A DNA stretch of 64,000 nt from Ministeria vibrans ATCC 50519 (Eukaryota > Protista > Filasterea): positions 21,806 to 85,805 of the forward strand of contig CALSCP010002411.1 of assembly GCA_943704425.1 (NCBI GenBank), read 5' to 3'. The notes below the pieces were generated by a model. The model made no database searches. It saw nothing but the letters and a program-made list of their open reading frames with translations, and was not told the origin of the DNA. This document shows, piece by piece, positions 36,475-52,466 of the stretch. A program made the position numbers and the translations under genes. Numbering within the stretch: the first letter of the stretch is position 1; each line of letters starts with the position of its first letter.

Positions 36475-37661
36475 ATGCGGATCATCCGATCTTTGCTGCT
36501 ACTATCTTTCTGTATCACTTATGGCTACTCTGCTGCCAGCAAGCCGAATATTCTGCTGCTGTTTCCCGACCAATGGCGCTATGATTGGACTGGATTGAAT
36601 TCGTCCGACCCCACGGGCCCCATCCCGCTCCACGTTCCCACGCTTGCCAACACCATTGCCCCACGGGCTACTCGGTTCACTCAAGCGTAACGTGGAGCGT
36701 GAAGAGAGGTGTTCTTGGGGTTTGAGCGGTGAACTTTTGGTGTGTTGTTCTCAGATACGTTCCAGCGCCAGTGTGTGCACCCTCTCGAGCGTGTCTTGCC
36801 AGTGGCCGAGAATACGACTTTGCCAAAGTTGCTTGCAACTTTTGCAACGAGTACGTGACGCGGGCGAGCCCTTGGTGCTGTCCTCGACTGACTCTTGACC
36901 ACCCTTGACCTCTCTCTCTCCGTCTGCATTGCCCAGCTACAACTTGACTGTGCCGACATTCTATCAGTCGCTCCAGCAAGCAGGCTACTGGGTTATGACC
37001 GTGGGTAAAGATGATCTCACGAAAGACTCGCAACCCGGCGAAAATGGAACGTTTCATCAGGCGGAGCTTGGTATGGTTTCTCCGTCTCCTCCTTGAGATG
37101 CATTATCCATCACTTTCTTGTAGGCTTCAACGATGGACTACGATGCTCAGGCAAGGACGATGTTGTCAACCGTAAGCCTTTTGAGCAGAATAGTGGTTCG
37201 GGTCTCTCATTGTATGGCACACAGAGTTCCCAAAGCCCCACGAACCATACGGGTTCTTTTTGGCGGCACACAACACGTCGTTGGAGTCGGGCGCCAATGT
37301 TTCCGCTTGGGACGCCCACCACTCTTGTCTCACCCAGAAAAACAAGCAGCTGTGCGACCGCACGAGCTTTCCCGACGAGTACTACGAAGACAACTGGGTA
37401 CGGCGCATGCGAGAGAGAAAGAGAGACACAGGGACAGAGAAAAAGGAGGGAGAAAGAAACAGAGTTGAAAGTGAGTGAGTGACTGAGTGAGTGAGTGAGT
37501 GTGTGTGTGTGTGTCTGTGTGTGTGTGTGTGTTTTTGTGGTGTGTGTGTGTGTGTGTCTTTGTGGTGTGTGTGTGTGTGTCTTTGTGGTGTGTGTGTGTG
37601 TGTGTCTTTGTGGTGTGTGTGTGTGTGTGTGTGTGTCTGTGTGTGTGTGTCTGTGTGTGTA

Positions 37662-37710
<49 letters not shown>

Positions 37711-39076
37711 AACGAAATGAGAGAGAGAGGAAGGCGCAACAAGCCAGACGAATATCAATTTATGTCTGTTGTGGCCTTTGCAGGTTGCGGAGAACGCACT
37801 AACTCTACTCGAGCGTCGCCCCAAGAACAAACCGTACTTTCTCCAAGTCAATTTCCCCGGCCCACACCCTCCGTTTGTCACTACCGCGCGCATGGCGGAC
37901 AGTGTCACCAATCGAACAGTCCGATCACACACACACACACACACAATGCCCTCTCGCGAGCGCAACTCATCCTCTCTTTCTTCGCTATTGCTTTTGCTTC
38001 TACTTTTCTTTCTTCTTTTTTCCTTCTTTTATAGTGGCCTCGCGCCTCAGACTACTCCGGCAGCAACAAGTGCCCCAATGTACCCCATGAGCCAGGTGAT
38101 GGGGCCCGCTGCAACTACGCCGCCGAAATTGAGGTCACTGTTGCCCCCGATCTTTTTCCTTCTCTCTGTCTTTCTTCTCTCGCTATGACTTTGTTTCTCC
38201 CTCCTCTCTCTCTCAATCACTTTGTTCTTTCTCTCTGTATCGCTTTGTTCTCTCTCTCATTCTATCTCTCTATATCTCTATCTATCTATCTATTTCTATC
38301 TCTTTTGTTTCTTTCTCTCTAAAACACACACACACACACACACCTTGGTCTTTCCGCAGAACTTGGATCGTTTGTTTGGTATTGTCCTGGACAAAGTCGA
38401 TCTGAGCAACACACTTGTGTGCGTGTCCAGTGATCATGGCGAGATGCTGGACGACCACGGAGACTCGGGCAAGACGATGCCTTGGCACGGCAGTGTCGGC
38501 GTGCCTCTCATGTGCTTTGGGCCCGGTGTGCTCCGTGCACGTACCATTGCCGCCCCCACTGCCACCCTCGATCTTGCCGCCACCTTTTTGGACTACGCTG
38601 GTGCTCAGCGCCCCGCCCAAATGACTTCCGTGTCGCTGCGCGACGTCCTTGAAGGACGCGCTGACGAGCCCGCGCGCCCATTTGTCTCGTCAGGCCTGCA
38701 GAGCATGCAGTTTGGCCTTGAGTCGCTCCACGGTCCACTCGCTCTCGACGTTGAAACCAACGCCGCCTTCAACTGGCGCATGGTTGTCAAGCAGGTCAAC
38801 GGCGTCTCCTTCAAATTCATCTGCTGCAAAGGCACCTGTCCAGGCAAGCCAAAGGTATTCTCTCCATCTTTCTGCTCTTTCTTCCTTCCTGTCTCGCTCA
38901 CACATGCCGTGTCTCCACAGTCTCTGCCTGGCCCTGATTCCACTGGCTACACCAAAATCCTCATCAATGTTGACCATGACCGCTTCGACACTTACGACGT
39001 TACTGCGCGCCATCCCGACGTCGCCACCCAGCTAATGGCGCTCTTACCTATTCGCAATGGTTTTCATTGCACCTAA
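36475..39076 (+). CDS. Secreted/lysosomal S1 (formylglycine-dependent) sulfatase
   Basis: Signal peptide, KPNILLLFPDQWRYD, VCAPSRACLASG (CxPxR), PYFLQVNFPGPHPP, SSDHGEML; multi-exon with canonical splicing. Confidence 0.92.
37470..37730. repeat. (GT)n/(GA)n compound microsatellite in a sulfatase intron
   Basis: Visible dinucleotide tracts. Confidence 0.95.
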
Positions 39077-39520
39077 CTTACAAAACTAAATTTATGGTAC
39101 TACTATTCAGTTCTGCTTATTTTGATGCAGTGCTTGCTTTAAACACGTCCAGGGATGTCTCCACTCTTCATACCCAATTTACCTCATAATGAAAAAGAAG
39201 GAGAAGTGTATGTATGAGTGTTGGCCATATTGAGCGACCTCGTCTACATCAAAAAAGTCGCACTCACTACCTCATATAATATGACGGAATGCTAGCGTTA
39301 AACGTACGTGGGAAAAAAAACTGCTCTGCGATCTCGCGTGTGCCAAGGCTAAGAGGAAACTGATCGATAATGTAGTAGTGACTGCATGTTGGCTCTATGA
39401 TCATTTTTTGTTTCATTCAATTATTTCTTCTTACACACAATAAAACCAATTTTGTCACTCTCATTTCTGATGCTATAAAACGGATTCACGCACGCGCACT
39501 CTCTTTTTCTCTCTGTTTGT

Positions 39521-42500
39521 CTATGCTTCAATGGGGAGGGCATTCTGAGCTACCAATTGCGGGTTGATGGTGACTGTCTTGGTGCAGTTGTCCGTCTTAT
39601 AGATGCCAATCAGACGGTCAGCAAGCTCAAACATGTTCGAGCGCAAACTACGTGTCGTAAAATATAATGATGGTTTAGAAGACCAGAAGTGAAATGTAAT
39701 GCTATTCCACATACCTGATGATGATAAACTGGGCATTCTTGGTGCGCTCCTTGATGTAGTTTGCCACAATAGAGACGTTCTTGAAGTCGAGCGCCGCGTC
39801 AATCTCGTCCATGACGTACAGTGGCGTCGGCTTGAAGTGGTGCAGCGCAAAGACAAGCGCCAGCGACGCGAGTGTCTTCTCGCCACCGCTTAGGTTTGAG
39901 ATGTTCTTCCATGTCTTCTTGTGCGGGCGCACACTAAACACAATGCCTTCGGAAAAGGGATCGTGCGAGTCGACCAGTTCGAGCTCAGCGTCACCCCCAA
40001 GCGTGATCATTTGATACATCTCCTTGAGCTTGAGCGTGATGGCACTAAAGCCCGACATAAACTCGTTCAGTCGTGTCTTAATCAGCGTCTCGTGTTCGCC
40101 GCGCAGAGTGTCCCTGTTGTAAAATAAAATGTAAGTCAAATTATACAATGTGGTGGTGTGAGTACCTCTCGGCCGTGACCGCGTCGAGCTCGGCCACTCG
40201 CGTGAGGTACTCCTCCTCCTTCTTGCGGTACTCCTTGATGGCACCCACGTTGGGTCGCATGCTCTTAATCTTCTCCTCGATCAGTGTCATCTGGTACTTG
40301 ATGTCCTCGTGCTTCAGACGCTTTGCCTCCTCTGCCGTCACCATTGGCAATCCCTTCGCCGTCTTCTTTTTCGTCTTCTTCTGTGACTCGCCCTCCTCGC
40401 TCTCGTCCATCTCATCCTGGTCTTTGTCCTCCTCCTCCTCCTCCTCGTTGTCTTCCTCTTCCTCCTCGTTGTCGTCCTCCAGCTCGTGCAACTCGAGACC
40501 CGCCAACTCCTTGGCACACTGACGGAGTCTTCCTTCGCAGTCCTTGATAGTTGTGGCAAGTCGCTCCACCTCGTTGGCAAGGTCCACTTCCTTGGTGCGT
40601 GCTGCCTCAAAGGCCTTCTTGGATGCCTCAAGCTGTTCGCGCAGCGCCACAACCGCCTGCGATTTGGCCTTCATGAGTTCGCTCGCCTCGGTACACGCGT
40701 CGTTCGCCTTGATTGCCTTGTCCACAAGCTCGTCCAGCTCCGTCTTGTACGCCCCAATGTTTTGAGACACCTTCTCGAGCTCCTGCTCCAGTAGCGTCAC
40801 CTTCGTCTGTGCCTTTTGCAGGTTGCGCTGTGCCGTCTTAAACTCGACTGCACCGCGCGTGTGTTCCTTCGTCTCCAGCTCGAGCTTCTCCTTGAGCAAG
40901 TCCACCTTGGACTTTTGGGCGCGCAGGCGCACACCACCCACCGACATGATCTGCTCCTGGACAGTTTTGATCTCCGCATCAAAGCGACTCGCCTCCTGCT
41001 GCGCCGCCTGTAGTGCCTTGGTGTGAACCGTCAACTGCTCCTCAAGTTCCGTAGCGCGCTTGTCGTCTGCTGCCGACAGTCCCGAGGCAGATTCAACCTC
41101 GAGCTGTGCCAACGCCTTGTTCAGGTCGGCGTGTTGCTGTGTCGCCGACTGCACGCCTACCTTGGCCTTGTCGACACTGGTAGCGGCAACGTCGGCGGCG
41201 CGTTGCAGGCTGTCCACTCGTTGAACAAGAGACTCGATGCGCTTGCGCAGCGCGTGCAGCTCGGACGCCGCCGCGCATGCCTCCGCCTCGAGTCGCTTCA
41301 AGTCGCTGGGTGTTACCGTCTCGGATTCAAGCGCCGCCGCACCACCTTTTCCGCTCTTGCCCTGACGCACAGCCGCCGACATACTCATCAGCTTCATGCC
41401 GCCACGCGACACCTTGGAGCCACCGCCGGCCATGGTACCCGACGCATCAATGAGTTGACCTGTGAGCGTGACGACACGCTGACGACGAGCACCTGCAAAA
41501 GCAATGCGCGTTGCCTGTTCGAGGTCTTTGGCAACCAGCGTGTCGCGCAGCGCAAAGTAGAAGGCGGCGCGGAAGGTCTCGTCGTGGGTCACCAAGTCAA
41601 AGAGACGGCTTACGCCCGCCTCGGGTGCGTCAAAAGGCACACGCGAGCGCTTGACAAAACCCGCATCCAGCTGGTTGAGAATGATAAAGGTCGCACGACC
41701 GGTGCCCGTGCGTTTCAGATGCTCGAGGCAAATCTGAGCATCCTCGGTGGTGTCCACAACAATGTGGTTGAGTGCACTGCACGCCGTGCTCACTGCAACG
41801 TCGTACTTGTCGTTGATGAGACCCAGGTCGCCGAGGCGTCCGTGCATGCCGCGCACCTTGCCCTGCTTGGCAAGCTGCTTAAGCGAGTCGAGCACGGCAC
41901 TCGTAGACCTGGCCGCCTGCATAAGCGTGCGACCCTCCTCGACAGCACTGCGAGCCACACGCACCCGTTCGACGAGGGCCGGCTCAAGCGCACGCGCCTC
42001 CTTGAGCTCAGCGACTGCCTTTTCGAGGTCCTCCTTGGCCGTGGCGTGCTTCTGGGCAAACCTGGTCACATTCGCCTCGCCTGCCGTCATCTTCTCCGCG
42101 CACTTGGCCAGTTCGGTACGTGCCGCCTCAACCTTGGCCGCACACTGAAGCGCCTTGCTGCGAATCACTTCAAGCTCCGAGCTAGCCAGCTGAAGGGCAC
42201 TCTCGGCCGCGTTGACGTCGCGCTTGGCGGGTGCTTGCTTCTGCTGCACCTCCTCGAGCTTGGCCTGCAGCGGTGCCGTCTCACCCTTGAGAGAGTCACA
42301 AATTTGTTCAAGTTGCTCTTCCTCCTGAGCAAGCTGGTTCTGCAGCGAGAGCTTCTCCTTCTCGCGACGCTCCTGCGACGTCGTCACATCATTCATAGTC
42401 TGTGTGAGCTTGTTGATGATCACGCGCTCCTTCTCGAGGGCCGCCTCGGTCTTGGCGCGCGTTGCCTTGGCGTGCTTGAGATCACTGCGACACTTGACGT

Positions 42501-44307
42501 CCTTACGAGCAAACTCAGCGTTGGCCTTCTTGGTGTCCTCGACGGCCGCCGCAATCTTGTCGGCCTCGCTCATGCCCTTCTTTGTGGCCTGCTCCAGATT
42601 CTTGACCTCGTCCTTGGCCGTTTGATGCTTGCTTTGCTCCGCTGCGAGCTCTTCGTCCTTGGCCTGCTTGAGTGCACGCGTCTCCTCGAGGCGTGCCGTC
42701 GCCGTGTGCACACTCGACTGAAGCATGGTAGAGCGGTGGCGCGTCAGATCGTTCTCGAGACGTAGGAACTCCTCGGCCTCCTTCTTGCTGCCTTCAAGCG
42801 TCTCCTTTTCGCTCTCGACGGCGCGCACACGGTTCAGCTTCTCCGATCGCTGATCGTTGAGCTCCTCCAGTGCCACTGCCTTCTCCTCAATCTGCTCCTT
42901 GTACACGTGCGTGCCAATAATGTCCTGAAGGTACTCCAACAGTCCATCTTCGTGCTCTGTCGGCGCCTTGGGCTTCATCATGGCAATAGACTCAACCTGC
43001 GAGAGTGAGACGGCAGGAGAAAAAGAGAGAGGGTAAGAGAAAGTAAGATAGAGAGAGACAGAGAAAGTAAGAGAGAGAGAGACAGAGAAAGTAAGATTGA
43101 GAGAAAGAAAGAGAGATAGATAGAAAGTGTGTGTTTGATAAGGTAATTAAAACACACACACACACACAAAACAAAAACCATCATGACTTTGTACCTCTCC
43201 TTGAAGAATGAGGAAACGGTTGTGGTCCAAGTCAATACCACGGCCACGCAGAAGCTATGTAAAAGAATCACAGATATGGTATTGTCAGCAAGAGAGTCAA
43301 TGGTCGTCTTCTTGGGAAACAGCAAAGATCATCACTAAAACATTCTACTTGTGACTTTTGTGACGTGTGTACCTGTGTGACTTCTCCGTAGGTCGAGACT
43401 TTGTCGTTGAGACGGTACTGTGAGTCGCCAGTCTTGCGGTCGCCTGTGGGCGCAAAGGCAACACGGGAGAGCTTGATCTGTGAGTCTTCAACGACGTCAA
43501 AGCCACTGTCGGTGTCGATGACGCTCTGGAAGAAGACCGTCACTCGGCAAAAGGGCAGATTTTGAAATCCGTCGCTCTTGTGAATCAGATCGCTCAGCTT
43601 AGCCTGGCGCAGACGCTTCGCCTTGTAGCCAAACACAAACAGCATGGCATCAATGACGTTGCTCTTGCCACTGCCGTTGGGACCAACAACCGACGAGAAG
43701 TTCTGAAATAGGAAACCCAAAAAAATAAAGAATTGGTTTCAAAAAAAAAACGTTGGTTGAATTTTGTGGGAAATTAGTGAAGACATTGAGACAAAAACAC
43801 GCGTGCCGATACTTTAACTGAATTAGAGTAGAATTACACAGGCGAGGCGGCAGGAGTGAGTGAGAGACAGTGTACATTTCAAAAACACAAAAGAAAAGAT
43901 TTTCACCTTTCAAAGTCGAAACGAGTTGACAGAAACCTCATTCAGACAATTAAAGGTGCAAATGTGTATAGTACGTGACGCATAGTCAATATGAAGAGAA
44001 ACATACGCGCGGAGGAGGAGTATTTGGCAGAGTGTTGATTTTTGAATTTTCAAAAAAAAAAAAAAAAAGGGAAAGTCAAAAATGAACTTTGAGTGCCAGC
44101 GAGAGACGGCAGAAGGGGTGCGTCATACTGGATACAACGACTGGCACATACAGCAACATACAGCGCCGCACGACTTACGCTGTGAAAGGGGCCGATGGTT
44201 TGAACGCCCATGTAAGATTTGAAGTTCTCCAACTCCATATGGGTGATCATCAAGCGGCTTGTCGGGGCCTCGGGGGCCGGTGTACTCTGGTCGGTGTCGG
44301 TTGACAT
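39521..44307 (-). CDS. SMC4: Condensin subunit SMC4
   Basis: LENFKSYMG, Walker A VVGPNGSGKSNVID, GIDLDHNRFLILQGEVE, hinge HGRLGDLG, LSGGEKTL and YVMDEIDAALD. Confidence 0.97.
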
Positions 44308-44557
44308 AATTGAAAGACGAGAGAAACAAAAAAAAATGAATAATTAAATCAGAAATCTATGAAACGTTTCAAGCGTGAATATTTAATCCTGACACCCTCA
44401 CTAATCAATGGCAAACGCGACGGTACAAGCATTTCAACAGACTCAGTCACTCAGTCACTCTGCACTCAGAACCAACATACAAGAGTGCTTACTGCATTCA
44501 GTAATCAGTCATCACACTCATCGCAGCAGACTGAAGAATTTGTTTGTTTGTTTCTTT

Positions 44558-45413
44558 TTATTGCAGAGTCGGGCCCGCGGATGAAGCGAGTTTCTGTACA
44601 ACACGATGCATCTCCTGCTGAGTCTCCCAGACGGCCGCCTGTTGAAGAGGGAAAGACTGGGCATAAAAAAATGATACCATTCCCCGTTTCTTTTCTATAC
44701 CTTGTGCTCGGCAAAGGACACCTCCAGCTGATTCGTGGCCATGGCGATGTCACTGCGCACGCCTGCAACCTCCTGTTTGGTTGCCATTGCTGCATGTAGC
44801 TTCTTTACCTCGTCTGCAAGTCGATTCACATCGTTGACTGCGAAAATGTACTGCACAAAAACACAACAGGGATCAGTGTGAGAGAGTGTTGAGATCGTCG
44901 ACGATACAAGACCAGCGGCGATAAGGGACACGCGAGTACACCAAGTCAACAACACCACACGGGTGGGCACAGAAGGCAATAGCTTGGGATCGCACAAGGG
45001 ATGTTGATCGTACTTTGTCTGTCGCCGCCTGAAGATCGCCAATTTTTCTCTCAAGCACCTCCGAGGAAGCCTGAAAGTCATTCGAAAGGTACACGGCACT
45101 CATCGCGCCAGCCAACGAGAAGCCCACAAAGAAGGCGATGGTACTGCAATGAAGGTGAGAGAGCGAGAGAGTGAGAAGTGAAAAGGTGGATGTCTTAAGG
45201 GGAAACGTACGCGGTCTTTCCCGACCCCTCGCCACTGCCGCCTCCCGACCCGCTGTCCTGTTTCTTGTCCTCCGTGGGCGCCTCGAGTGCGGCCGGCTTC
45301 GACGATTCGACGACTGTCGTCGCGGGTTTCGCAGCGGACGCATTTGTCGCTTCGGTGGAGAAGCGCAGCCCTCTTCGGGGCAGCAGACGTGTCAAACGCG
45401 AGATTTGGAGCAT
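44558..45413 (-). CDS. Uncharacterised mitochondrial single-pass coiled-coil protein
   Basis: Presequence MLQISRLTRLLPRRGLRFS, TM segment IAFFVGFSLAGAMSAVYL, then coiled coil. Four exons splice in phase. Confidence 0.7.
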
Positions 45414-45600
45414 GTTTCTAACAAAGTCTGATCTAAAATGAGTAAATAAAGGTAATAAGACTTTTTCAACTTTCAAGGTTTCAACGACTCACTCGTTCAC
45501 CGTCTGAACTCTTGTGACTTGTCTCACTGACTCAAAGACGCATTTTGCAATTTGCAAACCTTGGTCATTAGTCATTACTTTTCCTGTGTTGCCCTCTAAG

Positions 45601-48005
<2,405 letters not shown>

Positions 48006-48244
48006 AAACACTTCAACGCAATACCAAGCACACATTCACACACTCACTTACACTCTTCCGTTTCATTTTTTTGTTTGTCCTCGTACAGTCCTTTACTTTT
48101 TTCTGTCTTTCGATAATAGTCAAAGCTCTCTCTCTCTTTTCTCGCAATAGTCACAAGCACTTTTATTCATTACAGATGAAAAAACAAAAACAAAAAAAAA
48201 AAAACGAAGCACGCACAAACACACACACAAAAGCGTGCAAAAAA

Positions 48245-51200
48245 TTAGTATAGGAAAAAGTGGCACTTCCACTGGTCCTGACCATCCTCCAAGGGCTGAA
48301 AGATATTACAGAGGGTAAAGGCATGGGGGGTCTTCGGGAGACGGTAGTAGTGAACACGGTAGTTGGCGAGGACGGCGGTGCCGTGCGCTATGGCGCCCGC
48401 CTTCTCCAGCGCAGAGCCCAAGTCTGAGCTGATGGCATCGCCGACCATCAGCACATCCCGTGACTTGCCTGCAAACGACATCATCATCTCGGCAATTTGT
48501 GCCACTTCAGTCTGTCAGACAAAACAAGCAAACAAACGTGACGAAAATTTCATGCAGACACGATTCGATAGGACTTACGCTCTCAACGGCGACCTTCTCA
48601 AAAAGCGAACGACCGCTCTCGCCGAGAAAGCACCAAGGATCAGGGAGCGCTGACTTATTCGATTGAATGGGCCACTCGGACAGTTCCTCCAGATCGGACA
48701 ACTATTCAACACACCATGAGCAAAAAAAAAACACACGCGGCAGAGGACACCACATGTAATTCACATGCCATACACATTACATATACACAGACATTCAATC
48801 ATTCGTTTGCTTACGCGAAGACGCTGACGACCATTGATGATGCTCATGTGACGGATGTTGGTGTACAAAAAGAGCGTCGAGCCGTCAATCAGCTGCTCGT
48901 ACTCATTGCGCAGTCGTAAATGTCGATACCCTACCCAAAATCGAGATAAGAAAAGACTTCTTTCTTATGTTTGCTCATGTACCTTCGTTGATGGACGAGA
49001 AGGGAACAATAGAATGACCGAGTGGGCGACCGGACGTCTCGTCAATGACACGGAATCGCACAAAGGCAAACTCGTCGAGAATCACCTCAAACTTGGCGAC
49101 CTGCTTGGCGTCATGCCATACGGGGTTGAAGGTGCCTTCGGCGGGTGCCGTCTCGAACTTGTGCGAGTCGGCCGCGTCGGGTCCCGTCCCAATCACGTCA
49201 ATGAGCACCTTGGGACGCATTTTGGTGGCGTTGCGCTCCGCTGCAACCTTCTTAGCTTCTTTTGCCAGCAAGGGATGGAAGCAGCGTGAGTCGAAGATGC
49301 TGGGACGGAGCTGCTGGCCACTGACAACCTGCATGCCGACAATCATGGCCGCCGACGAGTGATCCATGTTGTCGTCGCCACGCGCAAGTTCGCTGGCCGA
49401 TACGCGCAGGTCGCGCGGCCGCAAGATGTAGCCACAGCCGCCGTTAGCACGGAATCGAGACTCGCTCAGCTGGAACGCAAGGTCATTGAGCGAGGGTGTC
49501 ACCCCCACCATTTGCACGCCAGCGTGCCACAACTTCATGGGGTCGGTGGACGCGAGGGTGTCCTTGCGCGACGACGACGACGACCCAGTCGTCGTCACCG
49601 ACGACACAGTTGGGTCCACAAGCACAAGGTGTTCGCAAGCGACGGCGCGGTAATCGTCCAGACGCGAACTGTGGTAACTCTCGGCGTCCACCATGGAGTG
49701 GTGCCAGATGCCCCAACCCGATGGGCAGTTGCTGGCGTCGTCCAGTGAGGTTTGCGCGCGTCCAAGAGAGAAGACTGGCTGCTCACCGCCAATGGCCGTC
49801 GAGTTGACGACACTCGGGCCCTTCTTGGGCTTCTCCGACAACTCGTTTACCAACAAGACCTTGTTGCGGAGATCTTCGGGTGAGAGCGACGAGGAGAACT
49901 CGGGCACGGCATCGAGATGGGAGCCAAGAGAGTGAGCAAGGGCACTTGCCACATAGCCAATGCACTTGGCGGACAAATCATTGCCGCTGAGCACGAGAAA
50001 GAGAGGGTAGTGTGTGACACGGAAGCCATAGTCGAAAATGGCATCGAGAGCCAGCTCCAGGCGCGTCTTGATGCCGGGGCAGTGAGCTGGATACACAAAG
50101 GGCTTGTTGCCACTGCCTTGCCACACCTGCAGCCGAATGCACCGGAAACCCCCCAAAAGCACTCGGATGAGCCCTTCCACGCTCTCCCCCGATTGCCATC
50201 CACTGTACATCTACAACCAAACAAAAGTAATAATAAAAAAAGTTATCATGCCTTCTATCGTACAAACATTATTCTTTTTTTCTAATTTCTTTCTTTTTTC
50301 ATCCGATTGTGTACCATTGGCTCGTGAGCAGTTTTGATGTAGTAGTGACGCAGCGGAAGAGTCATGGTCTGGTTGACGGTGCGATCCTTGGGGTGGAAAA
50401 AGGTCTCGCGGTCGCTGAGAAGATAGATGCCAAAGGCGTGCAAGGAGATTTTGTTCTGGTTGCGCAGCGTCTGGTCCGGCTCAAAGTCGGTGATGATTTC
50501 GCGGCAGTCGCTTTCGAGGACGGCCTCGGGTGCGCACTGCTTGTGTAAAAGAAAATATTGCATCTCCTTGAGCGTGATCTCGTCCTTTTCGTTGCCAAAA
50601 AGGATCTTCAGGTCGGCCGTACGACTCGCGAGCGAATCGTACGTCTGCTGAAACGTCGCAAAGTCCACGTCGGTGATGCGGTAGTCCTCGAGGCCTTGCT
50701 GCTTGGCGACGGCAAACACAATCGCTTTAAAGGCGGTCGGCGGAATGCTGAGGCCGAGGGAGCGCTCGGGAAAGTCGAGTAGCTCTTTGAGCGGAACCGT
50801 CTGGTCGTCGCGCAAGTTGAGGTGCGCCCACTCGTAGCGCACGCGCTCGTAGTTGGTCGTGTAGTCGGCGCCGTCGACCTTGTCGTGAGCGTCCATAAGT
50901 ACCGCTAGTCCTGCAAGCCACGTGTCGCGCATCAGTTCTGACTCGGCAATGAGATCAAGCGTGCGCCACTCCTTCGAATCGTGGTACACAATGCTAAACG
51001 ACGCAGCAGCCTTGTCGCTCACTTTGCTGTTCTGGCGAAAGCCGTCGGTCTTTTGTCCCGCGCGCACCTCAACAATAGTACCAAGAGCAACTGTAGTGAA
51101 CAGGACAATGAGACAAAGGATGAGATGGGGTGTATGTGTGTGTGTGTGTGTGAGGGAGTGTACGCTCCGTCAACAACATTATCACGCAAAAAGTATTGGG

Positions 51201-52127
51201 AACGCCCATGAATACAAAAAAATCACACACCAGGTGTGTAAGAACACATATTACAACTCAATGTGACATGCGTGTGTCACGGAGTTGGGTCGTAAGGGGG
51301 CAGAGCGGGACAAGACAAAAAAAGGGAAACAATGATAAAAAAAGAATCAACAGAGAGGGATTGTCGCTTTTTGGATTGCTTACGGAGTTCTTGGAGGGGG
51401 CGGGTGTCCTTCTTCTTGTCGGCAGGGGCATCCCAAATGAGGAAGGCGCCGAACTGGTCGACGTGAAAGTGGGCGATCTGGTAGCCCTTCTTGGCCGGAA
51501 GGACGCGCGTCAGGAGCGAACCACCACGCAGGGTGCGCGCAGGGGGCTCCGACGACGACACGACCCCGTACAAGTTTGTTCAGTCACACACACGCACCTT
51601 TCTCTTNNNNNNNNNNGGGGGGTGAGTGGGCGAATGCGCGCAGAGGACAAGGAGCAAGGAGAGTCATTACGAGAGAGTGATTGCTGACGAAAACATTAAA
51701 AAAAAGACAAAAAAAGAAAAAAGAAGAAGAAAAAACAGAGAATGGTGCGGGAAAGAAGAGGAAAGAGCCCTTTCCAGGGCCATTGGGGTGCGGGAGGGCG
51801 TCGAAGGGCTGTGGCAGAGTCACGGCATGACCCGCTTTCAACAAGAGAAGTCTCGAGAGCGCCAGATGGCCTCCGTGCCACGAACAACGTTTTTTTTTTA
51901 TATAATATTGTGTCAGGTTGACAGGACTCACTCACAACGCGTATTAGACAAACAGCGAGGAGCACGCTTGTCGCCACAAAGACTACAGAGACTCAGACGA
52001 GGCGGCTGGGCGGGTTTGGTGGCGGGGGGGGGGGAGAGCGAGCGCGAGAGAGAAACTCCGACAACATCATTCGGCCGTACCCGATTCTCAGCTGGCTAGT
52101 TCGGTTCTTCACTTTCATCGACGTCAT
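48245..52127 (-). CDS. Phosphoinositide phospholipase C-like protein (PH, EF, X/Y, C2), predicted catalytically inactive; 5' end uncertain
   Basis: PH (FSIVY...TLDLIAES...WLAGL), EF-like region, X-box (QTMTLPLRHYYI...GFRCIRLQVW), Y-box (PMKLWHAGVQMV...FRANGGCGYILRP), C2 (FNPVW...AFVRFRV) and EGYRHLRL. Confidence 0.85.
51607..51616. other. Assembly gap (10 N)
   Basis: N run. Confidence 0.99.
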
Positions 52128-52466
52128 GGTGAACGTGAATCGGTGGGTACAAGTAACTACTCTGAAAGAAACAAATAAAACTGATTAAAATAAAAACTTT
52201 TGGACTCAAAGAGGGATCAGGGAAGTTGTTAGCATTAGTGAGTGAACTCAATTAACGAACTCCTTCATGAGACGAATAATAATAATGCTCGCCTAGAAGT
52301 CTACGGCGGAAGTATTGTCACTATTGTCTATTGTGATTTGTGCTGCTCTAGACAGACAGCCTCTAGTGCTCTTTCGTCTTTCATCTTTGTGTCTTGTTTC
52401 ACACACAGTTTTGACATTGAGTATCTTTTCTTTCACTAAATTGAAAACTCACACACTTTCTTTAAG

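Noticed and set aside
41023-42765. 580-aa plus-strand ORF
   Set aside because: Antisense shadow of the GC-rich SMC4 exon with no recognisable motifs.
44436-44470. ACTCAGTC repeats (AP-1-like) upstream of SMC4
   Set aside because: Simple short repeat that could arise by slippage; no independent support.
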